A stretch of 64,000 bases of DNA from positions 1,376,001 through 1,440,000 of the forward strand of contig CBDDIJ010000005.1 in assembly GCA_965228855.1 (NCBI GenBank), in the 5' to 3' direction. The position numbers and the translations under genes are program-made. Below the pieces are notes generated by a model. It made no database searches. It worked only from the letters and a program-made list of their open reading frames with translations, and had not been told where the DNA came from. Below, in pieces: positions 9,042 through 19,951 of this stretch. The DNA is from Candidatus Obscuribacterales bacterium (GTDB lineage: Bacteria > Cyanobacteriota > Vampirovibrionia > Obscuribacterales > Obscuribacteraceae). Numbering within the stretch: the first letter of the stretch is position 1; every line of letters begins with the position of its first letter.

Positions 9042-10271
9042 CTACCACCAATCTTCTCTGGTTTCTTTTACTTCGATGATCAATCGACCGGTTTCCAAAA
9101 GCGCTTCCAGTTTTTCGCCTGGCTTGACGCTGCTGAAATCACGCACGATCGACCCGTCTTCTCTGCGAATTACCGAGAACCCCCGGCCCAAAACCTTCTT
9201 CGGTCCAAGCGCTCCTAACTTTTCGGTTTGCTGTTTCAAACGATGACAATGACCAGCTAGTTTGTATTCGATTTTGTCACCCAGAGTTTTCCTCGACGCC
9301 AAAACTTTGGCGCTCAAGTGGCGAAGCCGTTCTTGATATCGGGCCAGGGACTTCTCCGGACTGGACTGCGACAATCGCCTTTGCGCTCGAATTACTCGTT
9401 CGTCGATTGCAGAAGTCAGATGACGCCTCAAATATGTCCATTTTTCATAGAGTTCGGCATAGCCGCGAGCCACAAGTTCTGCTGCAGCGGTCGGCGTAGG
9501 GGCGCGCAGGTCAGCGACCAGGTCGCATATCGTAATGTCAGTCTCGTGACCGACACCCGAAATAATTGGCACCGGGGATGATGCCACCGCTCTTGCGACG
9601 ATTTCAGTGTTAAACGACCACAAATCCTCGATAGAACCGCCCCCTCGAGCCACAATAATGCAGTCGAGATGATCAAGTTCGTACAACATATTGAGAGCAT
9701 CACGAACACTCTCGGCAGATCCGTCGCCCTGAACTTTAGCAGGAGCGATCAGGACGTTTACCGACTTATTGCGGCGCTTGATCGTATTGAGAATATCTTG
9801 AAGAGCCGCCCCGGCAGGGCTGGTTACGATACCAATGGTGCGCGGCAACATCGGTATCGGACGGCGCCTGGTCTCATCGATCAAGCCTTCCTTGATCAAT
9901 TTCTCCTTGAGTTGCTCGAATGCAAGCTGCCATTCGCCGACGCCTACAGGTTCGATCGAGCTGACGACCATCTGATATCCGCCCCGAGGTGGATACACAC
10001 TGAGCTTACCCTTTGCGACGACCATCATGCCGTCTTCCAATTTGAACTTTATGTGTTGGTTCGAATTCTTGAATGAGACGCAAGACAAAGTTGCATCTTT
10101 ATCCTTTAAAGAGAAATACCAGTGGCCCGACGGATAGACCTTAGCGTTACTCACCTCGCCGGCAACCAGGACGAAATCGAATGTCGATTCGAGAATGTCC
10201 TTTATCTGATCAGTGAGTTCCCCGACGGTCATAACGGGGCGCAGCGGGTTGTTCGGTTTGAGACTATACAT
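9042..10271 (-). CDS. xseA: Exodeoxyribonuclease VII large subunit
   Basis: SGHWYFSLKD OB-fold, RGGGSIEDLWSFN, GVGHETD, RAPTPTAAAE. Confidence 0.95.
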   Translation of the reverse strand: MYSLKPNNPLRPVMTVGELTDQIKDILESTFDFVLVAGEVSNAKVYPSGHWYFSLKDKDATLSCVSFKNSNQHIKFKLEDGMMVVAKGKLSVYPPRGGYQMVVSSIEPVGVGEWQLAFEQLKEKLIKEGLIDETRRRPIPMLPRTIGIVTSPAGAALQDILNTIKRRNKSVNVLIAPAKVQGDGSAESVRDALNMLYELDHLDCIIVARGGGSIEDLWSFNTEIVARAVASSPVPIISGVGHETDITICDLVADLRAPTPTAAAELVARGYAELYEKWTYLRRHLTSAIDERVIRAQRRLSQSSPEKSLARYQERLRHLSAKVLASRKTLGDKIEYKLAGHCHRLKQQTEKLGALGPKKVLGRGFSVIRREDGSIVRDFSSVKPGEKLEALLETGRLIIEVKETREDWW

Positions 10272-10633
10272 ACTGAACCTCAGACAAAAAGAGGTGGCCG
10301 GACAGAATAGCTTCTGTCTTCGAAATGGCTGTGTAGAGAAGATAATTCAAATCGATCGATTTATGCTGATTATCGAGAGGAATTAATCTCGGAAACCCGC
10401 ATGAACACTTAGACATATCCGATCGCGCCACGATATTGACGATCGGGACCAAAAACCGATCTCACCACATATAGAAGTACATACACAGCAGCCTTTCCCT
10501 GCGATTTATCGGATGTGGCATGTAATTTGTGTCGAATGAAATTCATTTGACTGATTTTAGGAAAGTGCCATATATTAGTATGACATACAAACGTCTGGTA
10601 GCACAATTAAATTCGAACTGGGGGGTCTGACTG

Positions 10634-11428
10634 ATGGACCGCACACTGTTTTCACCTTCAATGATTGACACTTTTAGAGCCTGCAAACGAGCATTTGAGC
10701 TCGCGGTGTCCTCGTACACGTCTCAACCATCCAAGAGAAATGTACCTTCTTTATGCAGACAATTCGTGAGAAAGGGAATTGCCGAAATCAACCGCGGCAA
10801 GATAATGACGCCAGGCGATGTCCAAACTTTCATGGGTCGTCACTGGCCACTAGAGCAAGTGGAAGCGTGTAATGCTGATCCAGACTCCGTCGCGAAAGCG
10901 TTTCTGTTCTGCTATAAAATCCTGATGAGTTACGCTCGCGCACCGTATCGACCAGCCGGAGCAGAGGTCGTAGCCGTCGCGCTCAAGGCTCGCTCTCGCG
11001 TAGCGCATGTCCGCGTATATCTAGAAGACACATTCGATTTAATTCTGTGGTATCCGAAAACAAGGCATCTGGAAATTGTCGAATACCAGCTGCGCTCTCA
11101 GAGACAATTTTCTTCATCCTGGCCGACTGTTTCAGCTCAAGTAAAACGCTTTCTGTGCGAGCGTCTTCGCGTGCGCTGGCCCTTCGAATCGGTGTCGATT
11201 ACGACCCTGAAAATGCAACCGAATGGTATGAGCGCAACCAGTACTTCGATCGACGATTCGATATTCAAAGCACATTTCGAGGAGGTCGTAAGAGATCTTG
11301 AAAGCATGAAATCTCCTACTGACCGGGGACAACATTCCAACGACGAGCACTGCAAGTATTGCCAGTCTCTCAATACTCGAGCCGTTCAAGAAACTGACGA
11401 CAAGGACGTTTTGTCACTCAGCGCTTAG
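10634..11428 (+). CDS. PD-(D/E)XK (RecB/AddB/Cas4-like) fold protein with a degenerate active site
   Basis: FSPSMIDTFRAC N-terminal motif, FDLIL..LEIVEYQ in place of ID..IIDYK, C-terminal CKYC. Confidence 0.6.
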   Translation: MDRTLFSPSMIDTFRACKRAFELAVSSYTSQPSKRNVPSLCRQFVRKGIAEINRGKIMTPGDVQTFMGRHWPLEQVEACNADPDSVAKAFLFCYKILMSYARAPYRPAGAEVVAVALKARSRVAHVRVYLEDTFDLILWYPKTRHLEIVEYQLRSQRQFSSSWPTVSAQVKRFLCERLRVRWPFESVSITTLKMQPNGMSATSTSIDDSIFKAHFEEVVRDLESMKSPTDRGQHSNDEHCKYCQSLNTRAVQETDDKDVLSLSA

Positions 11429-11520
11429 GTTTACATCAACCTGACAACGCAGCGACAGCTTTAGGTCCGCAATCGCGGTGATATCAAATATGGTGAATTC
11501 CATAGCACCGACACTGGTGG

Positions 11521-11880
11521 CTATGGCTGCACCCAAGCCATACCTTGAGACCAGCCGAATCCTACCAGGAAAAGAAATAGCGCTACGGCTATTCCCACCT
11601 GCCACTGCTGCAAACGGCCTATGTGCTTGAGAAATCCTATGTAAGGAGAAGCGGGCACTGGAAAGAACATTTCTTCCCAGGTCCATTGCAGAAGATGGTG
11701 CGCACCCAGGAAGGCGAAGAATGATATACCGACGCCAACTAAACACTCCAGCCACTTCGCGGGAAGCGCGTCCGGAGTTTCAAGCATCAGACTTGTAAAC
11801 AGACTGGAGCAATTCGCAAGCAATAAGAAAAAGCCGGTAACAAGCAGTATGGAGCCAAGGAACTTTTTCAAGAAATTCAT
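11521..11880 (-). CDS. Small membrane protein with about 3 TM helices
   Basis: Starts MNFLKKFLGSILLVTGFFLL with three hydrophobic stretches. The longer upstream extension of the ORF looks non-coding. Confidence 0.55.
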   Translation of the reverse strand: MNFLKKFLGSILLVTGFFLLLANCSSLFTSLMLETPDALPAKWLECLVGVGISFFAFLGAHHLLQWTWEEMFFPVPASPYIGFLKHIGRLQQWQVGIAVALFLFLVGFGWSQGMAWVQP

Positions 11881-12152
11881 GCGTTTACTCACAGTTAATT
11901 CCGGATGATGCCAGTCAACAACACAACGAAAAGTGCGTCTATCCGGCACGCCGATTTTTCTAGCATTCGCGGCACTCTGGTCTAGCTTAACCGCAAACTT
12001 CGTGCCAACAGGGACCACGTATTTGGTAGCGCACTCCCATGTCGCGATGGATCGGCAAGTTTCATATACCACTAAACCCCAATAGATCTGCACATTAGAC
12101 GCGACGCAAACCAATTCGATATAATCGGCACCTCCAGCAAAGGAACAGTGGC

Positions 12153-13445
12153 ATGGTCGAAGCGGCAAGTGAAACCAAAGTGAAGGTCGATCTCTTAATC
12201 AGCCCAATCGGCGAATTGGCGACGCCGTATGTCGAATCCGGTCCGGCGCGCGGTGCCGACATGCAAAACATACGACAGGTCCAGGATGCTGCTATTGCCG
12301 TTAAGGACGGCAGAATAGTTCACTGTGGCAAACGTGAAGCTGTTCTTTCCAAAATTCAGGCTGACGAAGCAACAGTAATCGATGCCAGTGGAAAGCTAGT
12401 CACACCCGGACTGGTTGACCCCCATACCCATCTCGTTTTTGGTGGCAATCGCCACCAGGAATTCGCGATGCGTTGCCAGGGCAAAACTTACAAGGAAATT
12501 GCAGATCAGGGCGGCGGAATCGTCGCCAGCATGCGCGGTACAAGGGGCGCGTCAGTTTCCGATTTGATTGAGCTCGGGCGCGAGCGCCTTAAACGTTTAA
12601 TTGAGCACGGCACCACAAGCTGCGAAGTAAAAACCGGTTATGGACTTGATAAAACCAGTGAGTTAAATATGCTCGAGGCTATCTTCGAGCTCGACAAAAT
12701 GCAACCAGTAGAATTGACTCCAACATTCATGCCAGCACATGCGGTACCACCAGGCACTCAACGCGAGGCATATGTCCGCGAGGTAATCGAGGATATGCTG
12801 CCGGCCGCGGCTAAACTCGCCGAGAAAAAAGGCTTTCCAGTAAATAAGATCTACGTGGATGTTTTCTGCGACGACGGTTACTTTACGCTTGAGGATACCC
12901 GCCAAATTTTTGAGAAGGCAAAGGCGCTTGGCATGAAATTGAAAGTTCACGCAGACGAATTTGCCAGTTTAGGAGCAACCGCTCTGGCTTGCGAATCCGG
13001 AGCCGACAGCGCCGATCACCTTCTCGCGATAACGCCTGCTGATATTGACCGTTTGAGCAAGTCTGACTGCGCAGCGGTGCTCTTACCTGGCACCTCGTTC
13101 TTCTTGAACCTGAAAGACCATGCCCCGGCGCGCACTATGGTAGAAAGTGGTGTCATAGTGGCAATCGGTTCGGATTTCAATCCGGGGTCCTGCCACATAT
13201 TCTCTCTACCATTCATCATGGGTCTGGCAAGCCTGAAACTCAAATTGACCGCACAGGAGGCGCTCACGGCTGCCACCATGAACGCGGCGTATGCCATCGG
13301 GCGTGGTGCATCTATCGGTCAGTTACGCACTAATTATCAGGCGGATATAGTCGTATGGAATGTCTCAACGGTTGCAGAAATTCCATACAACATGGGCTGG
13401 AATTCAGTCGCACAGGTCGTTAAGAAAGGCGCACCAATTCTGTAG
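12153..13445 (+). CDS. hutI: Imidazolonepropionase
   Basis: PGLVDPHTHLVFGG, EVKTGYGL, VHADEF, SADHL, SDFNPGS. Confidence 0.93.
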   Translation: MVEAASETKVKVDLLISPIGELATPYVESGPARGADMQNIRQVQDAAIAVKDGRIVHCGKREAVLSKIQADEATVIDASGKLVTPGLVDPHTHLVFGGNRHQEFAMRCQGKTYKEIADQGGGIVASMRGTRGASVSDLIELGRERLKRLIEHGTTSCEVKTGYGLDKTSELNMLEAIFELDKMQPVELTPTFMPAHAVPPGTQREAYVREVIEDMLPAAAKLAEKKGFPVNKIYVDVFCDDGYFTLEDTRQIFEKAKALGMKLKVHADEFASLGATALACESGADSADHLLAITPADIDRLSKSDCAAVLLPGTSFFLNLKDHAPARTMVESGVIVAIGSDFNPGSCHIFSLPFIMGLASLKLKLTAQEALTAATMNAAYAIGRGASIGQLRTNYQADIVVWNVSTVAEIPYNMGWNSVAQVVKKGAPIL

Positions 13446-13627
13446 ATCAGAGAGATCACATCTGATAGAAATTTTCTTTTTCTTTACCCTTGTTTTATTA
13501 TCGGCTTTAGTTATAATTCTATGGATGCCACCACTAATGGGGGCCATGGCTAGGGACATATAGTGAGACCGCGCACTACTTTCGGTGCACAACACTAGAT
13601 GTTCTGATAACTTTAGGAGCTTGTTGC

Positions 13628-14041
13628 ATGGCTGAAGCAAAGCGCGTATCGGAAGAAAATCAAGACAAAAATCTTGAGATGGAAGGGTTTGAAACATTCT
13701 TCGAAAGCGAAGAACTGAATCCGATCGAGGGTGCCACCACCCGCGGTGATGAAGTGATGCAGCATCAAATGGAAAAATTAGTCGGGAAGTTGTCCGAGCT
13801 GATCACACTGAGCGTCGATCAGAGACTCGAAACCAGCAAGATTTCCAATCAGCTGATCGACAACCAGCGGCAGCTTATCGCTACCCAACAAATTTTGATT
13901 AAGCTGATGGAACGCTCGATTGAACTGACCCGCCACGTTACGTCCATCGAAGAAAGATTACCAGGCGTTTTCGAATTGCCCCGCGTCGTTGAGAGCCTCC
14001 GCCAGCGAGTGGCTCAGCTCGAAGGCATCGAAACCCGCTAG
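13628..14041 (+). CDS. Hypothetical coiled-coil protein
   Basis: AGGAG RBS; heptad-rich Q/L/E sequence. Confidence 0.7.
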   Translation: MAEAKRVSEENQDKNLEMEGFETFFESEELNPIEGATTRGDEVMQHQMEKLVGKLSELITLSVDQRLETSKISNQLIDNQRQLIATQQILIKLMERSIELTRHVTSIEERLPGVFELPRVVESLRQRVAQLEGIETR

Positions 14042-14370
14042 TTCGATAATCAGACCAGAGAAGCTTCCTGAGGAGCTTCGTTCCGCAATTGCGCCCCCTT
14101 CAGAAGGAGTCGGGGCGTGCCGCCACCACTAGCGTGGGCGATTTGCAGTCATCTGTTTCACCATTCTTTTATCGACTGAAGCACTTACCGAGATTTCATG
14201 TCGTTCGCCGAGTACCTCCGACCGGCGCAGTTGTTTGGCGACGACGGAATGAGAAAAATATATATAACAACTATGATGTAGATCGTAGTTTCACCATTTA
14301 CACCGGCGCATCAACAAATATATATTTCCCTCAATGGCTCGTATGATCGAGCAGCTCAGAAGGAGCGCAG

Positions 14371-15183
14371 GTGAGCGAATTCTCGTACATGGACGGCATC
14401 ATTGACGGTCAAACGCCGGACAGCATGGGTCGCAGTCCAATTCAACAGGCTTATCAGGTCAACGTTCAGAAGAACAAAAAGGTTTCGACTAACAAAGTCA
14501 ACTTTCTCGATATCTTCGCCGGCTTCAAGCCGACCATCAACGGCATCGTCGCTATGTTCTTCATCGGCTACGCGCTCTGGCTTGTCGTCATCTATATGAT
14601 TCGCCACAACGAGCCCTTAGCCAACCAGGTTTTAGGAACGCCTACAGCCGGAGCACCGACAGCGCACGCAGACCGAATCATTGTGGGGGGAGCCAAGTAT
14701 GCGCTTCCGATCAATGCGACAGGCAACCAGGGTTTTTACACGCCGGACAAAAAGCATCACGACATCGCTCCATCGCTCAGTCCACCTCAAGCATCGCTTC
14801 CGACTATGGGTGATCCGTCCAGCTTCAGCAGCCAATCACAACAGGCATTGACTTCAAATAACGGCGCACACGGTCTTCCTTCCAGCGATGGCATGGCAGC
14901 AGCTGCGTACGGACATTCTCGCGTCGTCCATGAAGGCAGAGAGCGTTACATCATTCATCATCCAGAGCCGCTGCCTGGCGAGACACCTCAGCACGAACAA
15001 TACCTGGCCGCACCACATGCGGTGACGCCTCAATCTAACTTCGGAGCACCTGCTCAAGCCGGCGGATTCGCCCACCATCAATTGGGCGCAAACGCCTACG
15101 CACCGTCTCAAACCACGTCGGGATACAACATGCCGGTGCAAACTCAGGACGGCTTAAAACTGCGAACCGTAGTTAATCGCTAG
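14371..15183 (+). CDS. Hypothetical single-TM protein with a Pro/His/Gln-rich disordered tail
   Basis: AAGGAG RBS before GTG; TM segment IVAMFFIGYALWLVVIYMI. Confidence 0.7.
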   Translation: MSEFSYMDGIIDGQTPDSMGRSPIQQAYQVNVQKNKKVSTNKVNFLDIFAGFKPTINGIVAMFFIGYALWLVVIYMIRHNEPLANQVLGTPTAGAPTAHADRIIVGGAKYALPINATGNQGFYTPDKKHHDIAPSLSPPQASLPTMGDPSSFSSQSQQALTSNNGAHGLPSSDGMAAAAYGHSRVVHEGRERYIIHHPEPLPGETPQHEQYLAAPHAVTPQSNFGAPAQAGGFAHHQLGANAYAPSQTTSGYNMPVQTQDGLKLRTVVNR

Positions 15184-15260
15184 TTAGTCAACAGTGCAAC
15201 GGACCAAGCCGGCGCAGAACCGCATGCGGCTTGAAATAAGCACTTCCGGTCAATGCACGC

Positions 15261-16211
15261 CTAGAGACCGAACCTATTCCTTTTTAGATCTTCGATTTTG
15301 TCCAATTCGTTCATTGTAAGTTTCGGAGCATCCGGAGCTCTGAAGTCTTCTTCGGCGTGTTCAGGCGTTTTTATCCCCGGAATTACTGCTGAGACGGCAG
15401 AACTTCTCAAGACCCACTGCAATGCAGCTTGAGCGAGTGAGCGTGAACCGTTTAGTTCAAGAAAACCTAGACGCTGCGCCGCTTGCACGCGGGCATTAAT
15501 AAAGTCTCGAGGCCACCCCTTTCGAATATCACCGGCTTCAAAGCTGGCGTCCAGGCGATACTTGCCTGTGAGAAATCCATTGGAGAGGGGCTCGCGCGCG
15601 ATGATAGCGCAGCCGACCTGGGTTGCTAAAGGAAAAAGATCGGTTTCCATTCCGGCGGCAAAGATGTTGTATGGAACCTGCAGACTGTCCGGCTTGGCGA
15701 CCATAAGCGCTATCTGCGCGTCGCGAGAATTTCGCACTGATAAGCCCCACGCGCGGATTTTCCCCTCGTTTTTCAGCTTTAACAGAACGCTGTAAGTGCG
15801 CTCGTTCTCAATAACTTCCGTGGGAGGGTTGTGAAGTTGATAGACGTCTATGTAGTCTGTCTTTAGCCTTTCGAACGTTTTCTCGAGCGCAAACCTTATG
15901 TAGTCTTCATCAAATGTTTGAAACCCATAACCCTGGTAGAAGTCGGACCCCACCTTCGTGGCGATTACGACTTGATCCCGCTTGTTTTTGAACGCCTTCC
16001 CGATGAGCTCTTCGCTATGACCCCATCCATATGCATCGGCTGTGTCGTAAAAATTACAACCTAGATCGAGAGACTTTTCCAAGGCTTCGATCGAAACCTT
16101 GTCATCAGTGACGCCATAGCTGTTGCCATGCCTGTTTCCGCCGATTGCCCAGGCACCGAATCCCACTTCCGATACCTTGATTCCTGTTCTGCCAAGATCC
16201 CTGTAATTCAT
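15261..16211 (-). CDS. Aldo/keto reductase
   Basis: LGRTGIKVSEVGFGAW, YDTADAYG, IATKVG, IDVYQLH, IPG. Confidence 0.92.
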   Translation of the reverse strand: MNYRDLGRTGIKVSEVGFGAWAIGGNRHGNSYGVTDDKVSIEALEKSLDLGCNFYDTADAYGWGHSEELIGKAFKNKRDQVVIATKVGSDFYQGYGFQTFDEDYIRFALEKTFERLKTDYIDVYQLHNPPTEVIENERTYSVLLKLKNEGKIRAWGLSVRNSRDAQIALMVAKPDSLQVPYNIFAAGMETDLFPLATQVGCAIIAREPLSNGFLTGKYRLDASFEAGDIRKGWPRDFINARVQAAQRLGFLELNGSRSLAQAALQWVLRSSAVSAVIPGIKTPEHAEEDFRAPDAPKLTMNELDKIEDLKRNRFGL

Positions 16212-16352
16212 TCAGTAGCTCTAGTCTTTGCTCCACTTTGTACCCGTTGTTGCGACTCCTTCATTATTCATGAAGGGCGGACCATTTAGCGCTTCTAGTG
16301 TATTACAATAACCAATCGGCTACTTGGATATCCCGGGGAACAAGTCAAAGAG

Positions 16353-17351
16353 ATGGATGTTTACGACATAACGATCATCGGCGGCGGCCCGACTGGTCTT
16401 TTCGGCAGTTTTTATGCGGGTCTACGCGGACTCAAGACGAAGGTAATCGACGTATTACCGGAACTCGGCGGTCAGCTAACCGCCTTGTATCCAGAGAAAT
16501 ACGTCTACGACGTTGCTGGACACCCCAAGATTTTGGCAAAAGATCTTGCGAAGAACCTCGCCACACAGGCGGCTATCTTCAAACCGGCTCTCTGCTTAGG
16601 AGAGAAGGTCAGCAATATTGCCCAGGTCGAGGAAGGTGGCGAAACCCTCTGGAAGGTACAGAGCGATCGCGACGAACACCTCAGCAAAACAGTTTTGCTG
16701 GCGCTGGGTGCAGGCGCATGCGTTCCCAAGCGGCTTGACATGGAAGTTCCAAGCGATTGGGAAGACAAATTTATTTTCTATGCGGTCAAGAGCAAAGAGC
16801 GCTTCCGCGACAAAGACGTGCTGATCATTGGCGGCGGCGACTCCGCTGTCGACTGGGCTAACGAATTTTCAGTACTTGCAAACAAGGTCACCTTGATTCA
16901 CAGACGCGACCAGTTCCGCGCAGTGCAGAGCTCGGTTGAAGAGATGAAGCGCAACAAAGTCAACATCAAGACCTTCTACGAACTGAAAGACATCAAGGTC
17001 GAGAACGGCGATGTCAAAGAAGCGATTATCTTCGACAACCGCACGGGTAAAGAAGAAACCTTAAAGGTCGACGCGATTCTTATCAACATCGGTTTCGTCA
17101 TCAACCTCGACTTCCTCCGCGAATGGGGCTTGTCGATGGATAAAAACGCGATCGTCGTAAACGAAAAGATGGAAACAAATCTGCCAGGAGTGTACTCTGC
17201 CGGCGATATTGCATCGCACATGGCAAAGTTGAAACTGATCGCAACCGGAGCCGCAGAAGCGGCAACAGCGGTCAACTTCGCAGTTACGTTCATCAATCCG
17301 CAAGCTAAGCTCTACCCTGGACACTCGTCCAATTTGAATTTGAGCATCTAA
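16353..17351 (+). CDS. Ferredoxin-NADP+ reductase, thioredoxin-reductase-like (YumC type)
   Basis: GGGPTG, LGGQLTALYPEKYVYDVAG, GGGDSAVDWA, HRRDQFRA, PGHSS; no CxxC. Confidence 0.88.
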   Translation: MDVYDITIIGGGPTGLFGSFYAGLRGLKTKVIDVLPELGGQLTALYPEKYVYDVAGHPKILAKDLAKNLATQAAIFKPALCLGEKVSNIAQVEEGGETLWKVQSDRDEHLSKTVLLALGAGACVPKRLDMEVPSDWEDKFIFYAVKSKERFRDKDVLIIGGGDSAVDWANEFSVLANKVTLIHRRDQFRAVQSSVEEMKRNKVNIKTFYELKDIKVENGDVKEAIIFDNRTGKEETLKVDAILINIGFVINLDFLREWGLSMDKNAIVVNEKMETNLPGVYSAGDIASHMAKLKLIATGAAEAATAVNFAVTFINPQAKLYPGHSSNLNLSI

Positions 17352-17380
17352 ATTTAGCTGCAAAAAAAAACAAAACTATG

Positions 17381-17410
17381 AACGCAGGTCTCAAAACGGC
17401 CTGCGTTTTT
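17381..17410 (+). terminator. Rho-independent terminator
   Basis: AACGCAGG...CCTGCGTT followed by a T run. Confidence 0.7.
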
Positions 17411-17549
17411 GCTTTGAACAATTTATGAGCGAATGTAAATGAAAGCACTTGCCAATTGGAGCTTCTTCTTGAATGTAATTGTCTCTTGGTGGAGAATCTG
17501 TCAACTCACTTCTTGAAAAGCCGGGTTAACAGATCAGCAGAGAGGCAAA

Positions 17550-17596
17550 ACGCTACATATTGTGCAACTGGAGCGTCAAACCGCTACATCTAGTGC
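17550..17596 (+). promoter_or_regulatory. Tandem NrdR boxes
   Basis: ACGCTACATATTGTGC (17550) and CCGCTACATCTAGTGC (17581), 31 bp apart, upstream of TATAAT (17610-17615) and nrdJ. Confidence 0.85.
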
Positions 17597-17675
17597 CATA
17601 CAAATGTAGTATAATGTTTTTGTTGACCGGTCTGTAAGTTGTAGAATTCGGTCGTGAAGGAGGGTAGGTAGTTTC

Positions 17676-19811
17676 GTGTTTTCTGAAAACGCCATCAAGG
17701 TTCTGGAAAAGCGATACTTCTTAAAGGATGCCACCGGCAAACCTTTGGAAGATGCCGCCGCGCTCTTCAAAAGGGTTGCAGACACTATCGCTTCCGTCGA
17801 CAAGAAGAGTTCTGCTGAGGAAGTTGCAAAACTTGCCTCCGAGTTTTACGACATGATGATCAATCGCGAGTTCATGCCGAATTCACCGACCTTGATGAAT
17901 GCTGGTAAGCAGGGCGGACAACTCTCCGCTTGTTTTGTTTTACCGGTGCCGGATTCTCTGGAAGGCATTTTTGAGACCTGCAAAAACGCAGCGCTCATTC
18001 ATAAAACCGGCGGGGGGACGGGGTTTTCATTTAGCAGGCTTCGTCCAGCTAATGATCCGGTAGCTTCATCCTGCGGAGTGGCCTCGGGACCGGTAAGCTT
18101 CATGACCGTTTATGATGCAGCCACTGAAGCGATTCGTCAGGGTGGTACCAGGCGTGGTGCCAATATGGGAATGCTGCGTGTCGATCATCCCGATATCGAG
18201 ATGTTTATTGCCGCAAAACGAGAGACTGACAGGCTCAATAACTTCAATATCTCAGTGGCAATCACCAATCCATTTATGAAAGCTCTAGCCGAAGATGGTG
18301 AGTACGAACTGATACACCCCAGCACTGGCAAGCCTGTCAAAAAAGTGAGAGCCCGAGCCATATTCGATTCGATCGTGGAAAACGCTCATGCCACGGGAGA
18401 ACCAGGTCTTGTTTTCATAGACCGGATCAACGCACACGATCCGGTGCGATTGCAACTCGACGATGAAGGCAATGTCATCGCCGGAACTGAAGACATCGAG
18501 GCCACAAATCCTTGTGGCGAGCAGCCTCTGGGACCAGGCGATGCCTGCAACCTGGGTTCTATCAACGTCGCACAGTTTGTGGATGAGGCAAAGAAAGACT
18601 TTGACTGGAAGCGTCTGGAACACACTGTCAAACAGTCGGTCCGCTTTCTCGACAATGTGATTGATGCCAACACTTATCCGCTTCAGTTCATTGCCAGCGC
18701 CACGCTTAACAACAGACGTATCGGTCTTGGAGTGATGGGGTGGGCGGAAGCATTGATCAAGCTGGGCATCTCCTACGATTCTGAAGAAGCTTTGACCGCA
18801 GCAGAATCACTAATGCAGTTTTTCCAGACTACTGCTCATGCGGCTTCACGCGAACTCGCCGAAAAACGTGGGGCGTTTCCGAATTGGCAATTCACCTCCT
18901 GGCACGACAAAGGGATCAAGCTTCGCAATGCGACCGTCACAACGATAGCTCCGACTGGAACAATCTCTATCATTGCAGGTACATCTTCTGGTATTGAGCC
19001 ACTCTTCGCGATCTCCTATGTTCGTCGAGTACTCGGTGGCACTGAACTCATCGAAGTCAACCCTTTGTTCGAGAAGATCGCTAAAGAGCGCGGTTTTTAC
19101 TCGGTCGAACTCATGGAGAGAATTGCCAGAGAAGGCACGCTCAAGCATGTTGATGGCGTGCCTGACGACATCAAACGACTGTTCGTGTCATCCCACGACA
19201 TATCATTCGAGTGGCACGTTCGAATGCAGGCCGCCTTCCAGAAGCATACGGACAATGCTGTTTCCAAAACCATCAATTTCCCTGTCGAGGCAAGTTGCGA
19301 AGACATCGAAAAAGCATACCTCTTAGCGTGGGAGCTCAGTCTCAAGGGCATCACGGTATATCGCGATGCTTCCAGACAATCTCAGGTCCTCAACATAGCC
19401 AAAACAGACCCACTCAAGAAAGCTGACTCGGCTAGTGTCTCGGTGACTCTGATCGACACGACAAAAGAGCATGGCGTCTGTGCCATCACGCCAAACGCTT
19501 CCAGCAGTGGAGGTCTATTAGAAGATTCAAAAAAGTGCAGTTCGAAGATCGTTGCGGGGACTGTTACTAGTCCTCCAGCGGTGCCCGCCGAGGCTGTCGA
19601 TATCGCGAACATATCAAACAGACAACCTCGTCATGATACAAAATTAGTTGGCTCGGGACCGGCTACCCAAGCGCAGTTCCAGTCAGCGTTTCGAGGGGCG
19701 CCAAAAAAATTCCAATCTGACGCTTGCCCCGAATGCGGCTACCAGTCAAGATCTCTCGTCAAATACGAAGCATGTTTGATGTGTGTATCCTGCGGTTATA
19801 CTAAGTGCTAA
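17676..19811 (+). CDS. nrdJ: Class II (adenosylcobalamin-dependent) ribonucleotide reductase
   Basis: PNSPTLMNAG, LSACFV, GGTRRGANM, TNPCGEQ, IAPTGTIS, C-terminal CPEC..CVSCGYTKC; no adjacent beta subunit. Confidence 0.92.
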   Translation: MFSENAIKVLEKRYFLKDATGKPLEDAAALFKRVADTIASVDKKSSAEEVAKLASEFYDMMINREFMPNSPTLMNAGKQGGQLSACFVLPVPDSLEGIFETCKNAALIHKTGGGTGFSFSRLRPANDPVASSCGVASGPVSFMTVYDAATEAIRQGGTRRGANMGMLRVDHPDIEMFIAAKRETDRLNNFNISVAITNPFMKALAEDGEYELIHPSTGKPVKKVRARAIFDSIVENAHATGEPGLVFIDRINAHDPVRLQLDDEGNVIAGTEDIEATNPCGEQPLGPGDACNLGSINVAQFVDEAKKDFDWKRLEHTVKQSVRFLDNVIDANTYPLQFIASATLNNRRIGLGVMGWAEALIKLGISYDSEEALTAAESLMQFFQTTAHAASRELAEKRGAFPNWQFTSWHDKGIKLRNATVTTIAPTGTISIIAGTSSGIEPLFAISYVRRVLGGTELIEVNPLFEKIAKERGFYSVELMERIAREGTLKHVDGVPDDIKRLFVSSHDISFEWHVRMQAAFQKHTDNAVSKTINFPVEASCEDIEKAYLLAWELSLKGITVYRDASRQSQVLNIAKTDPLKKADSASVSVTLIDTTKEHGVCAITPNASSSGGLLEDSKKCSSKIVAGTVTSPPAVPAEAVDIANISNRQPRHDTKLVGSGPATQAQFQSAFRGAPKKFQSDACPECGYQSRSLVKYEACLMCVSCGYTKC

Positions 19812-19951
19812 CCGGTTACCAAAGGATTCCCGAAGGCATATGTTGGTTCTGACCTTCTCTTCCTGCGGTAAATAGCTCGACTCAGGGCTCCGCTAATCTA
19901 TAGATAGCGAGACAACCGAGCTGACGGCACGTACCTATAAGGAGAAGCGTC

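Noticed and set aside
13460..13563. Small hydrophobic peptide (IEIFFFFTLVLLSALVIILW) after hutI
   Set aside because: There is no canonical start with an RBS, and T-rich intergenic DNA encodes hydrophobic residues by default.
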